64,000 nt of DNA from a virus. Positions within the stretch are counted from its first letter, which is position 1; every line of letters begins with the position of its first letter. Both the position numbers and the translations under genes were made by a program. The stretch lies in IMG/VR virus record IMGVR_UViG_3300024496_000012; one strand, 5' to 3'. The notes below the pieces were generated by a model that made no database searches, was not told where the DNA came from, and was given only the letters and a program-made list of their open reading frames with translations. This document shows, piece by piece, positions 60,050 to 64,000 of the stretch.

Positions 60050-60504
60050 TGAACTGGTACGATCGAGTTTCAAAAGATATTTCTAATATTCCAGACGCCG
60101 TGGCATATTATGAAGCCGAGTTATTGGCAGCAAAGACTGACGCTCGCATAGCGGGAAACCTTGAACGAGCTGCTGCTAATATGCCTGGTATTGTGGAAAA
60201 TCGTTTCAATCAACTACAAGAGATCGAAGCGATTTTAGAATATCTAAACATTGAACTACGTCGTTTACGCAGTCAGCATTTCCGTAAATATCTTGAAAAC
60301 TATCAACGCAGCCTATCCTCTAGAGACTGTGAAAAGTTTGTAGAGGGTGAGTCTGATGTCGTTGACTTTGAAAAAATCATCAATGATTTCGCCTTGCTAA
60401 GAAACAAATGGCTGGGCGTTATCAAAGCCTTAGATATCAAGCAGTGGCAGATATCTAACATCGTGAAGCTACGTACTGCTGGACTTGAAGATGCAACACT
60501 ATGA
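60049..60504 (+). CDS. uvsY: Recombination mediator
   Basis: Helical; FRKYLE.Y.R.L..RD.EKFV.GE......N..L.VIKALD.KQWQI.N.VKLR.AG; near uvsX. Confidence 0.75.
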   Translation: MNWYDRVSKDISNIPDAVAYYEAELLAAKTDARIAGNLERAAANMPGIVENRFNQLQEIEAILEYLNIELRRLRSQHFRKYLENYQRSLSSRDCEKFVEGESDVVDFEKIINDFALLRNKWLGVIKALDIKQWQISNIVKLRTAGLEDATL

Positions 60505-61184
60505 AAATAGTATTAACTGGGCATCTTGGCTTTGTTGGCGGTAATCTTAAGCCCTATTTAGAACAAAAAGGACATACTGTCATTGGCCTCGATATCAAAG
60601 AAGGCCAAGACATCCTTACTTGTGATCTTCCTGAGTGTGACGCAGTTATTCATCTAGCTGCAAAAACAGGCGTTCGGGCTAGTCTAGACTCGCCACACGA
60701 GTACTGGAAAGTAAATGTAGACGGTACTAGACGAGTTTTACTGCACTACAGCAATAAGAGGGTCTTAGTTGCAAGCTCTAGCAGCCAATATGAACCTCAT
60801 TTGAATCCCTATGCTGCTACTAAGCATGTCATGGAAAAGATTCCACACGATAATGTTTGCTGGATGAGATTCCATACCGTCTACGGTGCAGACACTGGGC
60901 GAGATATGTTTTTTGATAGACTTAGAAATGGAACACTAGAGTATGTCACGGATCATGAACGTGACTTTGTACACGTTGACGATGTCTGTGAAGCTGTCAA
61001 TATTTTATTAAACAATGATTTTACAGGACCAGTTGATATAGGTACTGGCATTTCCATAAAGATCTCTGATATATGTACTACACTACCAGTTAGAACATAT
61101 AATCCACACGAAAGAAAACGTACCTGTGCAGATATGCACATTATGAATAGTTTTGGTTTTAGACCGAGATTTTTTCTTTTGTGA
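60501..61184 (+). CDS. NAD-dependent sugar epimerase/dehydratase (extended SDR)
   Basis: TGHLGFVG, HLAA..GV, ASSSS, YAATK, RDFVHVDD. Confidence 0.85.
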   Translation: MKIVLTGHLGFVGGNLKPYLEQKGHTVIGLDIKEGQDILTCDLPECDAVIHLAAKTGVRASLDSPHEYWKVNVDGTRRVLLHYSNKRVLVASSSSQYEPHLNPYAATKHVMEKIPHDNVCWMRFHTVYGADTGRDMFFDRLRNGTLEYVTDHERDFVHVDDVCEAVNILLNNDFTGPVDIGTGISIKISDICTTLPVRTYNPHERKRTCADMHIMNSFGFRPRFFLL

Positions 61185-61833
61185 CACCCACATGGTGCAG
61201 TAAGTATGGCTCTACCTCTGTATCGTAAAAATCTACATGAGCCTTTCCTTTAATAACTTTTCCTAAGAATAAGTTTCTGTACTGATACTTTTTGTTTAGT
61301 ATCTCTAGTATATGAGCATCACCGGGATGTTTCGATTCTAGTATCATGTCATTATACCAAGCATCTGAATATTCTCGAACAAACTGTTTGTAATCTGCAT
61401 GTTTGGTATTAAAGCAAACGAATCCAGAATCAAGTCCTTCTGGTTTATAAATCGTCGATAGTAGTTCTGTTCTAGGTAAGAACTTTTCTATATCCATAGG
61501 TTGCAAGACTTCTACATCAGCGTCTAACCAAATGAGGTAGTCAGCAGTTACATTTTCCAACATGTAAGAAGTGACTCTGGACTTTAGATACCATTTGATA
61601 GGTTTTCTTTTAGTTCCATATACTTCAAAATATTTTTCTGGCTGTTTAGTATTTTTTAAACAAACATCTGTAGGATGTGTTTCAAAATCAGATAAAAAGT
61701 TTTCTATAGGTTCATCTAAGAAACAAAGTTTTTTGCCAGGAAGGTTTTTCCATGTTGGGAGATATTCGTGTGCGTATTGTTTATAGATTTTTTGGTTTAT
61801 AGATGTAACCCAAATGATATTATTCTGGTGCAT
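61159..61833 (-). CDS. Putative GT-A glycosyltransferase
   Basis: YLIWLDAD DxD-type motif, DSGFV.FN; start likely MHQNN at 61833. Confidence 0.6.
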   Translation of the reverse strand: MHQNNIIWVTSINQKIYKQYAHEYLPTWKNLPGKKLCFLDEPIENFLSDFETHPTDVCLKNTKQPEKYFEVYGTKRKPIKWYLKSRVTSYMLENVTADYLIWLDADVEVLQPMDIEKFLPRTELLSTIYKPEGLDSGFVCFNTKHADYKQFVREYSDAWYNDMILESKHPGDAHILEILNKKYQYRNLFLGKVIKGKAHVDFYDTEVEPYLLHHVGVTKEKISV

Positions 61834-62470
61834 AAACAGTATCGTGTTCCCACTTATCAATAATTTTATATTTCAGTTCGCTGACTATCCATTGTTCCAT
61901 TTCAACAACTGTATACCCGTGCATTTCACAATAGTCGTTGGTTTCTAACACAATCAACGGTCTATACTTGTTGATTAAGTTTACAGCACCTTTAAGAGCA
62001 AACCATTCGAATCCTTCTAGATCTAAATGTAATAAATCACAACCCTCTATATCTAAACTATCTAAAGAAATAAGTTTTATATTACCCTTTCCAGAAACAG
62101 TGTAGCCGCCGGTATTGTTTTTCTTTTTAGTAAGAGGTTCACCCAGGCTTATCATTGACTCTTTTTCGCCTAGAGCAAGATTATTTTTAACAACGTTATC
62201 TTGTTGTATGTTTTGATCTAAACAATAAAAGTTTTCAGGGTGAGGTTCGAATGTATAGACTTTTTTAAACAAACTAGCATATTTGTTTGGATATAGTCCA
62301 CAGTGCCCTCCGGCCTGTACAACTATATTGCGATTTTTTACTAGATTAGAAACATTTATAGGAAGATTATAATGATCTTCTCTAGTTAGATACCTCCATG
62401 CAACGATATCTCTTTCGGGCCAAACCCAATCTTTGTTGTCAAAGTTTCTTATGGAAGTTTTATAGTTCAT
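61820..62470 (-). CDS. FkbM-family SAM methyltransferase
   Basis: VVQAGGHCGLY, TFEP...NF, LHLDLEGFE..AL.GA; start reassigned to MNYKT (TAAATA 4 nt upstream). Confidence 0.8.
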   Translation of the reverse strand: MNYKTSIRNFDNKDWVWPERDIVAWRYLTREDHYNLPINVSNLVKNRNIVVQAGGHCGLYPNKYASLFKKVYTFEPHPENFYCLDQNIQQDNVVKNNLALGEKESMISLGEPLTKKKNNTGGYTVSGKGNIKLISLDSLDIEGCDLLHLDLEGFEWFALKGAVNLINKYRPLIVLETNDYCEMHGYTVVEMEQWIVSELKYKIIDKWEHDTVYAPE

Positions 62471-62509
62471 ATGATATTTAGCACATAATCTACGCACATA
62501 AATATCTGT

Positions 62510-63271
62510 ATGAAAAAGATTGTACTTATTACTGGTGGCTTCGATCCGCTCCACTCTGGCCACCTTTCATATATTAAAGAAGCCAAGAAGCTTGGAGATA
62601 TTCTAGTCGTCGGTGTTAACAGCGATGACTGGTTAACACGCAAAAAGGGCCGAGCTTTTATGCCTTACATGGAACGAGCCAACGTCGTACGAAATATTGT
62701 TGGAGTAGATTTCGTCATTGATTTTGACGACAGTGATAACACAGCCAAACATGCAATACATATGGTTAGACAAAGTTATCCTAGTGATCAAATCATTTTT
62801 GCCAATGGCGGAGATAGAACTGATAAGAATATTCCAGAAATGGATTTCGCTGATGATAATCTATCATTTGTGTTTGGCACTGGCGGTTTTAACAAATCAA
62901 ACTCAAGTAGCTGGATCTTAGAAGAATGGAAAGCACCTAAGACCAAACGTCCGTGGGGGTACTATAGAGTTCTTCACGATGTGCCAGGAATGAAAGTCAA
63001 AGAGTTGACTGTTGAGCCGGGGCATAGCCTTAGTATGCAAAGACATAAGCATAGATCAGAATACTGGATCGTTAGCCAAGGTGCGTGTGTAGTAAACTCA
63101 AAAATGGCAGGCGGTTATGCTCTTCCTCCTACTTTGTTAAAAGAACATCTAGAATATAAAGTACCAGCAGGTGAATGGCATCAACTAACCAATCCTTACG
63201 AAGTTCCTTGTAAAATAGTAGAAATACAATACGGCGAAAAATGCCAAGAAGAGGACATTGAAAGACAATGA
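62510..63271 (+). CDS. Cytidylyltransferase (HxGH) fused to a mannose-6-P-isomerase-like cupin
   Basis: GGFDPLHSGH...GVNSD.WL.RKKG, FANGGDR; RPWGYY...LSMQRH.HRSEYW. Confidence 0.85.
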   Translation: MKKIVLITGGFDPLHSGHLSYIKEAKKLGDILVVGVNSDDWLTRKKGRAFMPYMERANVVRNIVGVDFVIDFDDSDNTAKHAIHMVRQSYPSDQIIFANGGDRTDKNIPEMDFADDNLSFVFGTGGFNKSNSSSWILEEWKAPKTKRPWGYYRVLHDVPGMKVKELTVEPGHSLSMQRHKHRSEYWIVSQGACVVNSKMAGGYALPPTLLKEHLEYKVPAGEWHQLTNPYEVPCKIVEIQYGEKCQEEDIERQ

Positions 63272-63960
63272 CTGATATCATCCCGGTCTTTATAGGTTAT
63301 GATCCTAGAGAGGCTATTGCATATCATACCTGTGTAAACAGTATTATTAGAAACTCTAGTAAACCAGTTTCTATTATTCCTGTAGCGTTGAATCTATTCA
63401 AAGATTATACAGAAACACACACTGATGGTAGCAATACATTCATATACTCGAGATTTTTAGTACCTTATCTAATGCGTTGGCAAGGATGGGCTATTTTTAT
63501 TGACGGTGATATGATCGTAAGGGCTGATATTAACGAGTTGTGGGAACTGCGACAAATGGATAAAGATGTCATGGTTGTAAAACATGACTATAAGACTAAA
63601 TCTGATAAAAAATATCTAGGAAGCAAGAATGAAGACTATCCAAGAAAAAACTGGTCTAGTGTCATCCTATGGAACTGTTCTACTTTCCCTAATAGAAAAC
63701 TTACTCCAGAGTTTGTACAGAATTCGCCAGGATCTGTCCTTCATAGATTTTCGTGGATAAATGATGAGAGGATCGGAGAGCTACCTAAAGAGTGGAACTG
63801 GTTACCGGACGAGTATGGTCCTAACCCAAACGCTAAACTCTTACACTATACATTAGGTACTCCTAGTTTTTATCAATATGCCGATACTCCGATGGGCAGC
63901 GATTGGCACCGAGAACGTATACTCACAGAATATTGTCAGCAATATGATCTTCCTAAGTAA
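63268..63960 (+). CDS. Glycosyltransferase (GT8-like)
   Basis: FIGYD.RE, F.YSRFLVP, IFIDGDM, YPRKNWSSV.LWN, WNWL, LHYTLG.P. Confidence 0.8.
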   Translation: MTDIIPVFIGYDPREAIAYHTCVNSIIRNSSKPVSIIPVALNLFKDYTETHTDGSNTFIYSRFLVPYLMRWQGWAIFIDGDMIVRADINELWELRQMDKDVMVVKHDYKTKSDKKYLGSKNEDYPRKNWSSVILWNCSTFPNRKLTPEFVQNSPGSVLHRFSWINDERIGELPKEWNWLPDEYGPNPNAKLLHYTLGTPSFYQYADTPMGSDWHRERILTEYCQQYDLPK

Positions 63961-64000
63961 AGACGGCCAAGACGAATATGTCAATATGCTTGCACATGGA
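63944..64000 (+). CDS. Start of a 3'-truncated ORF (MIFLSKDGQDEYVNMLAHG...)
   Basis: ATG overlaps the upstream stop; frame open to the window end. Confidence 0.5.
   Translation, partial: MIFLSKDGQDEYVNMLAHG

Noticed and set aside
172-61786. Numerous short antisense or alternate-frame ORFs in the track (e.g. 3254, 8104, 12274, 32593, 45015, 57170)
   Set aside because: They lie within long genes, lack SD or promoter support, and look like shadows of biased codon usage.
1-64000. Stop-codon reassignment
   Set aside because: Code 11 gives long, dense ORFs; the only break found is a single-base frameshift.
1-64000. tRNA, rRNA, CRISPR array, integrase or transposase
   Set aside because: No such structure or motif recognised; intergenic gaps are short and explained by promoters and terminators. 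The TnsA-like fold at 50540 is best explained as gp4.

Overview
This 64 kb window is from a large T4-like (myovirus-type) tailed bacteriophage, probably aquatic. No cellular genes, rRNA, tRNA or CRISPR arrays were seen. Layout: (1) 1-15.2 kb, giant tail-fibre/virion proteins, three tandem Gly/His-rich paralogs and a chaperone-like gene. (2) 15.3-32.4 kb, a dense enzyme island with 4 flavin-dependent (tryptophan-halogenase-like) proteins, 14 Fe(II)/2OG-oxygenase or cupin-like proteins and two paralogous genes near its ends. (3) 32.4-56.2 kb, virion and packaging genes: a 2122-aa structural protein, gp15/14/13-like neck genes, dNMP kinase, sheath, tube, gp4, and terminase subunits. (4) 56.2-57.4 kb, small secreted-protein cassettes. 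(5) gp32-uvsX-uvsY. (6) A sugar-modification cluster. The top observations are the late-promoter-linked halogenase/oxygenase island with divergent active-site motifs, and a recurring TAA(A/G)TA-N4-5-start-codon layout implying leaderless late mRNAs. Also notable are a duplicated terminator-promoter cassette and a gene broken by a 1-nt frameshift. Product calls come from motifs recognised by eye, with no database searches.
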